Source: Dehalococcoidia bacterium UBA5748 (GTDB lineage: Bacteria; Chloroflexota; Dehalococcoidia; Dehalococcoidales; UBA5627). Taken from it: a DNA stretch of 64,000 nucleotides. Made by a program: the position numbers and the translations under genes. Shown in pieces: positions 37,695 through 46,278 of the stretch. Position 1 is the first letter of the stretch, and every line of letters begins with the position of its first letter. A model generated the notes under the pieces. It was not told the DNA's origin. It saw only the letters and a list, made by a program, of their open reading frames with translations, and did no database searches. The DNA lies in contig DIFM01000041.1 of NCBI GenBank assembly GCA_002419135.1, forward strand, positions 35,130 to 99,129. Reading direction: 5' to 3'.

Positions 37695-38977
37695 CACAGG
37701 TTAACATAAATGTTCATCATTTAACCCGTGTCGAAGGACATGGCAATATTGTTCTCAATGTAAATGAAGGGAAAATTGAAGAGCTAAAATGGATTGTTTC
37801 GGAATCCCCCCGTTTCTTTGAAGTGATGATGCGTGACAGATACTATGAAGACGTCAATCATATAGCATCCAGAATATGCGGCATCTGTTCTATATCACAT
37901 TCCACAGTCTCTTTACAGGCTACCGAAAAGGCGTTTGGAATCAAACCTTCCGAGCAAACAATCCTGTTAAGAAAACTATTATTCAATGCGGAAGTAATGG
38001 AAAGCCATATATTGCATATTATGTTTTTAGCGGCTCCGGATTTTCTGGGTGTAGGCAGTGTTTTCCCGCTGATAAATACCCATAAAGATATTGTTGTTAT
38101 GTCTTTAAGACTGAAAAGGTTGTCTTATAATTTAGCTGAAGCGCTGGCGGGGAGAAAAACGCATCCTCTTTCATGTATTGTCGGTGGTTTTGCCAAACTG
38201 CCTCAATACAGTGAACTTGAAGACCTGCGTAAAAGACTTGAAGATGCTCTGATTGACCTTGCGACTATTGTTGACTTGTTCAAAACATTGAAAATACCGG
38301 AGTTTCAGCGTGAAACCGAATACATCGCTCTCAAAGATGAAAGCGAGTATGCTTTTATCAGCGGGCAAATTGCCTCTTCCGATACAGGGCTGACACCGGT
38401 AGAAAATTATCTCAAAGTCACAAATGAATTTTGTGTTCCCCAGTCTACGGCTAAATATACTAAAAATGCCAGAGATTCCTATATGGTAGGCGCCCTGGCT
38501 CGGTTTAACATAAATCATGAACAACTCCTTCCGAAAGCCAAAAACGCTGCCAATGAACTTGGGCTGGTAGCTCCTAATATAAACCCGTTCATGATAACTG
38601 TCGCCCAGCTGGTTGAGGTTATACACGTTGTGGAACATAGTATTCAAATAATCGACCGCCTGTTTGCTGCCGGAATAAAAGAAGAACCTCATCGGGTTAA
38701 TCCCAGGAGGGGACGAGGCATTGCTTCAGTGGAAGCGCCGCGTGGTATTCTCTTCCATGACTATACTTACGGAGAAGGTGGTGTTTTAAAAGAAGCCAAC
38801 TGCGTAATACCGACCAATCAGAATCACAATAATATTCAAAAAGATTTTGAATCGCTTGTTCCCATAATCCTGTTGCAACCCGAAAACCAAATACGGCATA
38901 CCATGGAAATGCTGGTAAGGGCATACGACCCGTGTATTTCGTGTTCAGCCCATATGTTAAAAGTCGATTTCAAATAA
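37691..38977 (+). CDS. [NiFe]-hydrogenase large (alpha-like) subunit, group 3b type
   Basis: 428 aa with RVEGHGNI, RICGICSISH and C-terminal DPCISCSAH followed by only 7 residues. The beta-gamma-delta-alpha order mirrors Pyrococcus furiosus hydBGDA. Confidence 0.8.
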   Translation: MTQVNINVHHLTRVEGHGNIVLNVNEGKIEELKWIVSESPRFFEVMMRDRYYEDVNHIASRICGICSISHSTVSLQATEKAFGIKPSEQTILLRKLLFNAEVMESHILHIMFLAAPDFLGVGSVFPLINTHKDIVVMSLRLKRLSYNLAEALAGRKTHPLSCIVGGFAKLPQYSELEDLRKRLEDALIDLATIVDLFKTLKIPEFQRETEYIALKDESEYAFISGQIASSDTGLTPVENYLKVTNEFCVPQSTAKYTKNARDSYMVGALARFNINHEQLLPKAKNAANELGLVAPNINPFMITVAQLVEVIHVVEHSIQIIDRLFAAGIKEEPHRVNPRRGRGIASVEAPRGILFHDYTYGEGGVLKEANCVIPTNQNHNNIQKDFESLVPIILLQPENQIRHTMEMLVRAYDPCISCSAHMLKVDFK

Positions 38978-39138
38978 GTAATCGGACACAGCGGATGCGG
39001 TCATCAATACAATTGTTAAATGATTGCATCCGCTTGCTACAGCATAAAACACCTGCCGGACATATTATCCAAAATTAATCTTTGCTAGTTTCGTCATTAT
39101 TGCTCTTTACTAAAAAAGAGGCGGTGGTGTAAATCTTC

Positions 39139-39167
39139 TTGACACAATTATACAGTCCATATAAAAT
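39139..39167 (+). promoter_or_regulatory. Candidate sigma-70-type promoter
   Basis: TTGACA (39139-39144), a 17-nt spacer, then TAAAAT (39162-39167). A GAGGTG lies 7 nt before the ATG at 39188. Confidence 0.5.
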
Positions 39168-39187
39168 GGATGATGAGGTGTGTCACG

Positions 39188-39601
39188 ATGCAATGTCCCA
39201 TATGTAAAAAAGACATGATAGATGTCGAGTATGATAAAATCGAATTAGATTATTGTGTTAAATGTAAGGGAGTGTGGTTCGACTCCGACGAATTCGAACT
39301 GCTGTTTGAGAAAATGAATCTTGGGGATTCCTTTCCATTATTCTCGGAATTAACAAATAGGATTGATGACAAAGTTTCGGAGAATAAACATAAATGCCCT
39401 ATATGTAAAAAGGCAATGGGCAAGATAAGAATCGGGGATAATTCCAAGACTATTATCGATATATGTGTTAACGGTGACGGGTTGTGGTTTGACGGAGGAG
39501 AGGTTGTTCTACTAATCAAGCATGCTTCAAAAGATATTCAGCAGGAATCAAGCGCTGAACAACAGGCAATAAACTTTCTTGGAGAGGTCTTTCGTATATA
39601 G
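39188..39601 (+). CDS. Tandem TFIIB-type zinc-ribbon protein
   Basis: Two repeats of CPICKK-x-M...D-x-C-x-x-C/G-x-G-x-WFD. The start is chosen from the promoter and RBS geometry; the track start at 39170 would be essentially leaderless. Confidence 0.65.
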   Translation: MQCPICKKDMIDVEYDKIELDYCVKCKGVWFDSDEFELLFEKMNLGDSFPLFSELTNRIDDKVSENKHKCPICKKAMGKIRIGDNSKTIIDICVNGDGLWFDGGEVVLLIKHASKDIQQESSAEQQAINFLGEVFRI

Positions 39602-39652
39602 GGAAGTTTTCTAGTATTCCGCAGAAGCGGGAACTACATTAGGAGGTGTTTC

Positions 39653-40219
39653 TTGGAAATTGTACTTTGGGTTTTACTGGGAATCGTAGTTTTATTGTTG
39701 CTATTTTATGTTTTTACCTACAACGGTTTGGTCCGCTTACGCAATCAGGTTAAGAATGCCTGGGCTCAGATTGACGTTCAGTTAAAGAGAAGATATGACC
39801 TTATCCCCAACCTCATGGAAACGGTTAAAGGTTATATGAAGCATGAAAGAGAAACTCTGGAAGCGGTAACTAATGCCAGGAACCTGGCTCAAAAAATATC
39901 CGATAGCGGTGCCGCAGCCCGTTCGAAGGCTGAGGGGGAACTTAGCTCGGCATTAAGCAGGTTGCTGGCTGTTGCGGAAAATTATCCGGATTTAAAAGCC
40001 AATCAGAATTTCCTTGCTTTGCAGGAAGAATTGGCATCAACTGAAAATAAAATCAGTTTTTCGCGCCAATTCTATAACGATTCGGTTTTAAATTATAACA
40101 ACAAAATACAGATGTTCCCTTCGAATATTGTTGCCGGAATGAGTGGTTTTAAGATCGGTGAGTTCTTTGAAGTTACAACAATAAATGAGAGAGAGGCTCC
40201 CAAGGTCAGTTTTAGTTAA
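39653..40219 (+). CDS. lemA: LemA-family membrane protein
   Basis: 188 aa with an N-terminal TM helix followed by [32 protein letters not shown]...ENYPDLKAN...[19 protein letters not shown], typical of LemA. Confidence 0.85.
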   Translation: MEIVLWVLLGIVVLLLLFYVFTYNGLVRLRNQVKNAWAQIDVQLKRRYDLIPNLMETVKGYMKHERETLEAVTNARNLAQKISDSGAAARSKAEGELSSALSRLLAVAENYPDLKANQNFLALQEELASTENKISFSRQFYNDSVLNYNNKIQMFPSNIVAGMSGFKIGEFFEVTTINEREAPKVSFS

Positions 40220-40235
40220 AGGAATATAAAGCAAT

Positions 40236-41435
40236 ATGTGGGAACAAATTAGGTCCAACCAGATAAGGTCGGCGGTTCTGGTTATCGGCATGGGTGCCTT
40301 GCTATTCGTAATCGGCTATTTTCTGGGATTGTATTTTTTCGATAGCGGGATAGGAGGACTGCTGATTGCCATTGCGTTATGGTTGATAATGACACTTGTA
40401 GGCTATTTCCAGGGGGATAGTATTCTTCTGGCTTCTGCCGGCGCAAAAAAAATCAAACATGATGACCATCCGCGGCTCTATAACATAGTTGAAGAAATGC
40501 GTATTGCTTCAGGGCTGCCAAAAACTCCTGATATATACATAATAGATGACCCTTCCCTGAACGCTTTTGCCACCGGTCGCGACCCGAATAAGGCTGCAGT
40601 TGCCATAACTTCCGGTTTGCTGCAACAGTTAAACCGGGATGAGTTGCAGGGTGTAATGGCGCATGAAATTTCCCATATTAAGAACAGAGATGTCTTACTT
40701 ATGGCGATGACCAGCGTTCTGTTGGGTGCGATTGTGATGTTATCGTGGTACGGTTCGCGTATTATGATTTTTGGGGGTGGGGGTTCGCGGCGTAATTCTT
40801 CATCGGGAGGGGCTGCCCAGGGGATAATAATGATTGTATCTCTTCTTTTAATGATACTGGCTCCTATTTTTGCGCAGCTTATATATTTTGCCATATCGAG
40901 AAAGCGGGAGTATCTCGCTGATGCCTCAGCCGCGATGTATACCAGATATCCTGAAGGGCTGGCTTCCGCACTGGAGAAACTGGGCGCATCGAGCGGTCAG
41001 TTAAAATCTGCCAATCAGGCAACTGCGCCGATGTATATCGTAAATCCGTTTCGTAAAAAAGGAAAGGCGGCAACCGATTTGAGCAGTACTCACCCTCCTA
41101 TTTCAGAAAGAATTCGTATTTTACGCTCTATGGGTGGCGGTGCTTCTTATATCGATTATGAAAAAGCGTATAAACAGGTACACAAGAGCAAGGGCAGTGT
41201 CATTCCGGCATCTGCTATGTCGCTGGCAGGGGATTTGTTGCAACCTGTTTCACGCGCATCCGCAGTTGATAACCCCGGAAGGCTTGAGAGAACTCGGGAG
41301 ACTTCAGACGTAATGTGGAAGTTGAGTGATTATAAGACTATAGAGTGCTCATGCGGAACTAAATTAAGGATTCCGCCGCATTTTAGTGAAAAGAGTATTC
41401 AGTGTCCGCATTGCGGACAAAAACACGTGCTATAA
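40236..41435 (+). CDS. M48-family (HtpX-like) zinc metalloprotease with a C-terminal zinc ribbon
   Basis: 399 aa with TM helices, the HEISHIKNRD (HExxH) motif and EYLADASA, plus a C-terminal CSCGTK...CPHCG. A LemA plus M48 gene pair is a common arrangement. Confidence 0.8.
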   Translation: MWEQIRSNQIRSAVLVIGMGALLFVIGYFLGLYFFDSGIGGLLIAIALWLIMTLVGYFQGDSILLASAGAKKIKHDDHPRLYNIVEEMRIASGLPKTPDIYIIDDPSLNAFATGRDPNKAAVAITSGLLQQLNRDELQGVMAHEISHIKNRDVLLMAMTSVLLGAIVMLSWYGSRIMIFGGGGSRRNSSSGGAAQGIIMIVSLLLMILAPIFAQLIYFAISRKREYLADASAAMYTRYPEGLASALEKLGASSGQLKSANQATAPMYIVNPFRKKGKAATDLSSTHPPISERIRILRSMGGGASYIDYEKAYKQVHKSKGSVIPASAMSLAGDLLQPVSRASAVDNPGRLERTRETSDVMWKLSDYKTIECSCGTKLRIPPHFSEKSIQCPHCGQKHVL

Positions 41436-41465
41436 TTTTTATACGATAATCAATGTCAGCTAACA

Positions 41466-41495
41466 GGGGAGATAGTGATTATCTCCTCTGTTTTT
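41466..41495 (+). terminator. Rho-independent terminator after the M48 protease gene
   Basis: Stem GGGGAGATA / TATCTCCTC (41466-41474 / 41480-41488), loop GTGAT, followed by TGTTTTT. Confidence 0.65.
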
Positions 41496-41530
41496 ATGAT
41501 ATTTACTAAAAAGGTGGTTAGCAGGTAACG

Positions 41531-42025
41531 TCAAATATCTTGTGTAAAATTGGGTAAGGGCTTATCCTCCCAGTTATTATTCAGATGATTCATTACTCCA
41601 AAGATTATTCGGTCCACACTTTTATAATTGGTAAAACAGCTCATTGTTTTGGTTCTTCTTCTGACTTCCCTGAAAGATCTCTCTATAACATTGGTGGTTC
41701 TTATCTTAATACGATGTGATACCGGACAATCCAAGAAATTCAGCATCTCATCCAGGTCATTTTCCAAGCACCTGATTGCCCTGGGGTAATGTATACACCA
41801 TTCGGATTTCCAGTCATTAAAAGCTTTAACTGCCTCCCTCCTGTTGTCTGCCAAATATATCAATTTCGTCCCTGCCATGCACTTTTTCTGGTCTTTACGC
41901 TTCAGGTAGTTGGAAATGTTCCTCAGTTTGTGCGCCCAACACCTTTGGATAGGAATATAAGGATATATTATTTCAATAGCACTGTGCAGCCCCTTGCAGC
42001 CATCGATACAGATGAGCTTGCAGTT
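41531..42025 (-). mobile_element. IS256-family transposase remnant (C-terminal ~165 aa only)
   Basis: The minus-strand frame is open beyond the track ORF and reads ..LICIDGCKGLHSAIEIIYPYIPIQRCWAHKLRNISNYLKRKDQKKCMAGTKLIY...TNVIERSFREVRRRTKTMSCF.. This is the DDE-region and C-terminal signature of mutator/IS256 transposases. The N-terminal half is absent. Confidence 0.75.
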
Positions 42026-42043
42026 GTTCCCCGCCGATCCTCT

Positions 42044-42367
42044 TTGTCTCTCATGTCGGATAATGGCTGCCAGCCAACATCGATAAGCTTCATGAAATCG
42101 TGCCGTGACATGGGAATTAAGCAGGCTTTTACCAGCTACAATAACCCCAAGGGGAATGCCGATACCGAGAGGTTTTTCCGGACAATGAAAGAAGAGCTAT
42201 TATGGCTACGAGATTGGGTAAATCCTATGGAGCTTATGGATGAAATCGGAGAATAGATTCCGAATTACAATGCCAACTATCTGCATTCGTCACTGGGATA
42301 TAAGACACCAAACCAGGCGGAAACAGAATATTATAATGGACAGCTACTACACAATTTGAGGGCTTGA
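42044..42367 (+). mobile_element. rve (IS3/IS481-type) transposase remnant, 5'-truncated with an in-frame TAG
   Basis: ..MSDNGCQPTSISFMKSCRDMGIKQAFTSYNNPKGNADTERFFRTMKEELLW.. continues in the same frame after the TAG at 42254-42256 as IPNYNANYLHSSLGYKTPNQAE..*. This is a typical integrase-core C-terminus. Confidence 0.7.
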
Positions 42368-42444
42368 CTTAATGGGGCGCATTACACCTTTCTTAATAAT
42401 TGAAAGTGCCATAAGTATAAATATTGTTAGCCAATAAGCCGGTG

Positions 42445-43071
42445 CTATTTCAATAAAGGGCATTTGCATCTGATACAAAAGTCTTCTTTTATATCGTTAA
42501 AGTATATACAGGATATACACAAAATTTCCGTATCCTTGCTTTTATCGTATTTTTCAAAATAAAACAAACCCTTATGATGCCGTATGCGGTCGCCGATTTC
42601 ATAGTAATTGAATATATCAGGATAATCCGTCCATTTAATCTTTTTAACTTTTCCAGAATCCTGTTCAATTTTCATTATATACTTTGTATTGTATTCGTTA
42701 TTGGAATGTTTGACATAGAATTGCTTATCAATTACAATACCGTCCCATGTTTTATCCAGTCTTCTTTTTGCTGTCTGAAGGGCTGCTATCGCAATAAACA
42801 TTCCTCCTATTCCCATCCCGTAAAAAAGTGACTCGGGCCAATCCAGATCGCCGGTATTATTACCATAAATGGGGAAGCCGATAATTGCTATTATTGCCAA
42901 AATAAAAGAGAAAAGGAATGACCATGTTATGGAATCCTTTTTATATTTTGAATAAGCAGGGTCTGATATTTTATCTGAAAAACCTATCAAATTGACCTCA
43001 ATATTTTTAATCGGTAAAGTTATTCTATCATATAAATATTTATATAAAAACGGGCCAGAAAGTATTGACAT
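42445..43071 (-). CDS. Hypothetical membrane protein with a C-terminal zinc ribbon
   Basis: 208 aa with two predicted TM helices (FLFSFILAIIAIIGFPIY, GMGIGGMFIAIAAL) and a C-terminal CISC...CIRCKC. No family recognised. Confidence 0.5.
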   Translation of the reverse strand: MSILSGPFLYKYLYDRITLPIKNIEVNLIGFSDKISDPAYSKYKKDSITWSFLFSFILAIIAIIGFPIYGNNTGDLDWPESLFYGMGIGGMFIAIAALQTAKRRLDKTWDGIVIDKQFYVKHSNNEYNTKYIMKIEQDSGKVKKIKWTDYPDIFNYYEIGDRIRHHKGLFYFEKYDKSKDTEILCISCIYFNDIKEDFCIRCKCPLLK

Positions 43072-43121
43072 AATATATGGGAAGTGCTAATCTTTTGGCA
43101 AAATAACTCAAGGAGGCTGCA

Positions 43122-43277
43122 ATGGGTATTTTTTCCAACAAGATGGTGGTTGCTATCGTTTGTATTGTGGCGGGGTTTCTGATTCTGCCATTTTTAAGTC
43201 TTCCGTCCATTATCTCATGGATAATCGGTATTTTCCTTATTGTATATGGCGTACTGGTTTTACTGGGGAAAAAATAG
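43122..43277 (+). CDS. Unannotated small membrane protein (51 aa, DUF3096-like)
   Basis: Below the ORF-track cutoff. AAGGAGG sits 6 nt upstream of the ATG. It reads MGIFSNKMVVAIVCIVAGFLILPFLSLPSIISWIIGIFLIVYGVLVLLGKK, i.e. two TM helices, and is followed by a GGGCT/AGCCC hairpin. Confidence 0.55.
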   Translation: MGIFSNKMVVAIVCIVAGFLILPFLSLPSIISWIIGIFLIVYGVLVLLGKK

Positions 43278-43456
43278 AAGAGAAAGTTATAATGATCGCA
43301 ACGAAGGGGCTGCTTAGTAAGCCCTTTCGGCATTTTATGGGTTCGTCTTCAAGTGAAGTGTTTACTATGGGATACAAGCAAGGATGGTGCCGGAATAATC
43401 AAATCTTTTTGGACAGTTTTTCAAGCTGAGTGATAGGCTGTTTTTATACCTAAAAG

Positions 43457-43530
43457 CCTCCCCGGAGAGATTCGAACTCTCGACCCACTGCTTAGAAGGC
43501 AGTTGCTCTGTCCAGCTGAGCTACAGGGAG
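43457..43530 (-). tRNA. tRNA-Arg (anticodon TCT)
   Basis: The reverse complement reads CTCCCTG-TA-GCTC-AGCTGGACA-GAGC-A-ACTGC-CTTCTAA-GCAGT-GGGTC-GAGAG-TTCGAAT-CTCTC-CGGGGAG-G. It has a C1-G72 first pair and no encoded CCA. Confidence 0.85.
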
Positions 43531-43588
43531 TAGTAGAAATAACATCATTATTTTATAATAATTGGCTAAAAGAGTAAAATATTTTTGG

Positions 43589-44155
43589 TTAACGCTCATT
43601 TTGTTTTTTATTTCTGGTGGAAATAAAAACATATGTAACTAATCCCAGCAGTGCGACTCCGGCTATAATGGCGCCTGCCCATCCAAGCAGTGTTAAACAA
43701 GTAACTATAACACCCGCTATGATAACTCCGATAAAAATGGAGAAAAAGGCTTGTTTGAATCCTATGCCCAAGAGTACTGCGACCAGTGAACCCGTCCATG
43801 CTCCGGTTACAGGCAAAGGAATAGCAACCAATAATATTAATCCCAGGCTCTTGTATTTTTTTATCGGCCTGCTTCTATTGTTTGCTCTTTCAAACAGCCA
43901 ATCGAAGAATTTTTTCATTTGCGGAATTCGGCTTAGGAATTTGGCAATTGATTCTATAAATAACAGGATAAACGGTACCGGCAACATGTTCCCGATGATG
44001 GCAAGCAGAAACGCATAATACCACGGGAAATCAAAATTGACGATAGCTACAGGAATAGATGCCCTTAACTCGAATATAGGTAAGGCTGAAATTAAAATGA
44101 TAATTAATTCTTTGGCAAGATTTAAATCGAGAATGGAAAGTAATAGTTCTAACAA
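43589..44155 (-). CDS. Small multi-pass membrane protein (COG2426-like putative small-molecule exporter)
   Basis: 188 aa with about 5 TM helices. The family assignment comes from overall look only. Confidence 0.45.
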   Translation of the reverse strand: MLELLLSILDLNLAKELIIILISALPIFELRASIPVAIVNFDFPWYYAFLLAIIGNMLPVPFILLFIESIAKFLSRIPQMKKFFDWLFERANNRSRPIKKYKSLGLILLVAIPLPVTGAWTGSLVAVLLGIGFKQAFFSIFIGVIIAGVIVTCLTLLGWAGAIIAGVALLGLVTYVFISTRNKKQNER

Positions 44156-44319
44156 TAATTTTATCCTGTTTCAGTAAATATAAAGCAGTCTAGCAAACAG
44201 TTTATTGAACCGTCAAGTTAATGTAAGAATTTCTTGACAACCTTTTTACTTCATTGCTAGTATAAGGGTTAGCTCCTATTCATATTATTTACATATTGCT
44301 GTTATATCGAGTAAAAATT

Positions 44320-46197
44320 ATGCCCGAATTATTAGATAAAATAAACGGCCCCGCAGATCTTAAAAATCTGACCACAAAGCAACTGGAAAAATTGGCTGAT
44401 GAAATCAGGCAGGAACTTGTTTCTGTGATAACGGTAAACGGTGGTCATCTGGCATCCAGCCTCGGAGTTGTCGAGTTGACAATTGCTTTACACAGGGTCT
44501 TCAACAGCCCCGATGATAAAATAATCTGGGATGTCGGGCATCAGTCTTATGCTCATAAGCTGCTTACGGGCAGAAAGAAACAGTTCAAAACAGTTCGCCA
44601 ATACGGCGGGTTGTCCGGTTTCCCATCGCGTGATGAAAGTCCGCATGACCCATTCGGAGCAGGGCATGCCAGCACATCTGTTTCAGCTGCTATGGGGATG
44701 GCTAAAGCAAGGGACCTGGCCGGTGACGACTATCATGTAATCGCTGTCATTGGAGATGGGGCAGCAACCGGTGGTATGGCGTTGGAGGCTTTTAATAATC
44801 TTCCTTATCTGGGTTCTAAATTGATTGTTATTCTTAACGATAACGGTATGTCGATCTCGCCCACAGTGGGAGCGTTATCAAAGATATTCAGTAAGGTGCG
44901 CTTTGATAAAAGGTACTATAAAGCCAGCGAAAAAAGTAAAAGAATTCTCGATTATTTGCCTCTGGGTAAAAAACTATGGGAATTCGGAGAGAAGATTAAA
45001 AGCAGCATTAAGGGTTTTGTTATGCCGACTACAATTTGGGAAGAATTCGGTATGGCATACATGGGGCCGATCGACGGGCATAATATAAAAGACCTTGAGA
45101 CAGCATTGATACAGGCGAGGGATTACAGTCATAAGCCGACGCTTATTCATATATCCACAACGAAAGGTAAAGGGTACACCCCCGCTGAAGGCAATGCGGT
45201 TTATTTTCATGGGGTATCCCCTGCATGCAAGGTTCAGGCGAAGACAGCTCCCACTTATAGTGAAGTATTTGCACAGACTGTCTTGCAATTAGCCAGGGAA
45301 GAGCCGAAACTGGTTGTTATTACCCCTGCCATGCCGGAGGGAAATTGCCTTAGTATAGTGCAAAATGAGTTCCCTGATAGGGTTATTGATGTTGGTATAT
45401 GCGAACAACACGCGGTTACTTTTGCAGCCGGATTAGCTACTCAAGGCTATATACCTGTCGTGGCTATCTATTCTACTTTCCTGCAACGGTCTTTTGACCA
45501 GATAATACATGATGTCTGTTTACAGGATTTACCTGTTGTATTTGCTATAGACCGCGGAGGTATAGTCGGAGACGATGGTAAAACACATCAGGGTATTTTT
45601 GACATATCTTATCTTTCGTTGATACCTAATTTGATTTTATCTGCTCCAAAGGATGAAAACGAATTACAGCATTTACTATATACCGCAACTAAAACTAAAC
45701 ATCCGATGGCTATAAGATATCCCCGCGGTTGTGGAACCGGGATAACTATCGATGATAAATTTAAGATAATCCCGCTCGGTACAGCAGAAGTGTTGAAAGA
45801 GGGCAATGATATAGCTATTATAGCGGTCGGCGCTTCCGTACCTTATGCTATACAGTCGGCGGGAGAGCTATCGTTAAAAGGAATTGAAGCAACCGTTATC
45901 AACGGACGTTTTATGAAGCCGTTGGATGCGGGTATTCTGCTTGATACTGCCCGAAGGATAAAAAATATTATAACCGTGGAGGAGAATGTACTTAACGGCG
46001 GTTTCGGGAGTATCGTATTATCGCTTTTACAGAGGGAAGGTTTAACTGATGTCAGGGTTAAGACAATAGGTATTCCCGATAAATATGTTGAGCACGGTAC
46101 GCCAAAGATATTAAGAGTAAAATACGGCTTGGATTCTGAAGGGATAGTTAAAGAGGCGCTGGCATTGTTACCGGAAGTTAAAAGAATTCACTGTTAA
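44320..46197 (+). CDS. dxs: 1-deoxy-D-xylulose-5-phosphate synthase
   Basis: GGHLASSLGVVELTIALH, the TPP motif GDGAATGGMALEA...NDN, and a transketolase-like C-terminus. The start is taken at MPELLDKINGP; the track TTG is at 44296. Confidence 0.95.
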   Translation: MPELLDKINGPADLKNLTTKQLEKLADEIRQELVSVITVNGGHLASSLGVVELTIALHRVFNSPDDKIIWDVGHQSYAHKLLTGRKKQFKTVRQYGGLSGFPSRDESPHDPFGAGHASTSVSAAMGMAKARDLAGDDYHVIAVIGDGAATGGMALEAFNNLPYLGSKLIVILNDNGMSISPTVGALSKIFSKVRFDKRYYKASEKSKRILDYLPLGKKLWEFGEKIKSSIKGFVMPTTIWEEFGMAYMGPIDGHNIKDLETALIQARDYSHKPTLIHISTTKGKGYTPAEGNAVYFHGVSPACKVQAKTAPTYSEVFAQTVLQLAREEPKLVVITPAMPEGNCLSIVQNEFPDRVIDVGICEQHAVTFAAGLATQGYIPVVAIYSTFLQRSFDQIIHDVCLQDLPVVFAIDRGGIVGDDGKTHQGIFDISYLSLIPNLILSAPKDENELQHLLYTATKTKHPMAIRYPRGCGTGITIDDKFKIIPLGTAEVLKEGNDIAIIAVGASVPYAIQSAGELSLKGIEATVINGRFMKPLDAGILLDTARRIKNIITVEENVLNGGFGSIVLSLLQREGLTDVRVKTIGIPDKYVEHGTPKILRVKYGLDSEGIVKEALALLPEVKRIHC

Positions 46198-46278
46198 ACG
46201 AAAATGATATATAATTATGTGCTTAGCATTGAGTAGCAGAATTGCCTGATTTTTTTATTTTCATGAAAAAGGGTACAG

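Noticed and set aside
21589-38977. Checked the hdr, mvh and hydrogenase genes for in-frame TGA (selenocysteine) recoding, as known for some Vhu/HdrA proteins.
   Set aside because: All ORFs are uninterrupted, and the relevant positions carry Cys codons. There is no split ORF pattern or SECIS-like requirement.
38990-39034. A 9-bp inverted repeat AGCGGATGC...GCATCCGCT after the hydrogenase operon, considered as an intrinsic terminator.
   Set aside because: The 27-nt loop and the lack of a U-tract make it a poor canonical terminator. It may still pause or terminate transcription, but I cannot support that call.
39139-39150. The shared 12-mer TTGACACAATTA in two putative promoters (39139 and 55057).
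   Set aside because: Half of it is the generic -35 hexamer, and the remaining 6 nt of identity is compatible with chance.
41789-42040. The N-terminal half of track ORF 41789-42256 (155 aa) considered as a real protein.
   Set aside because: That part is antisense to the IS256-type transposase remnant and has no motif. Only the segment from about 42044 onward is rve-like.
43040-43429. Track ORFs 43040-43333 (minus) and 43160-43429 (plus).
   Set aside because: They have no RBS or domain and overlap the better-supported 51-codon ORF at 43122-43277 and its terminator hairpin.
41460-43530. An intact integrative element at tRNA-Arg(TCT), with an expected direct repeat of the tRNA 3' end and an integrase.
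   Set aside because: No copy of the tRNA 3' segment was found near 41.4-41.6 kb and no integrase gene is present. Only IS debris and two hypothetical ORFs are there, so this is treated as decayed accessory DNA.
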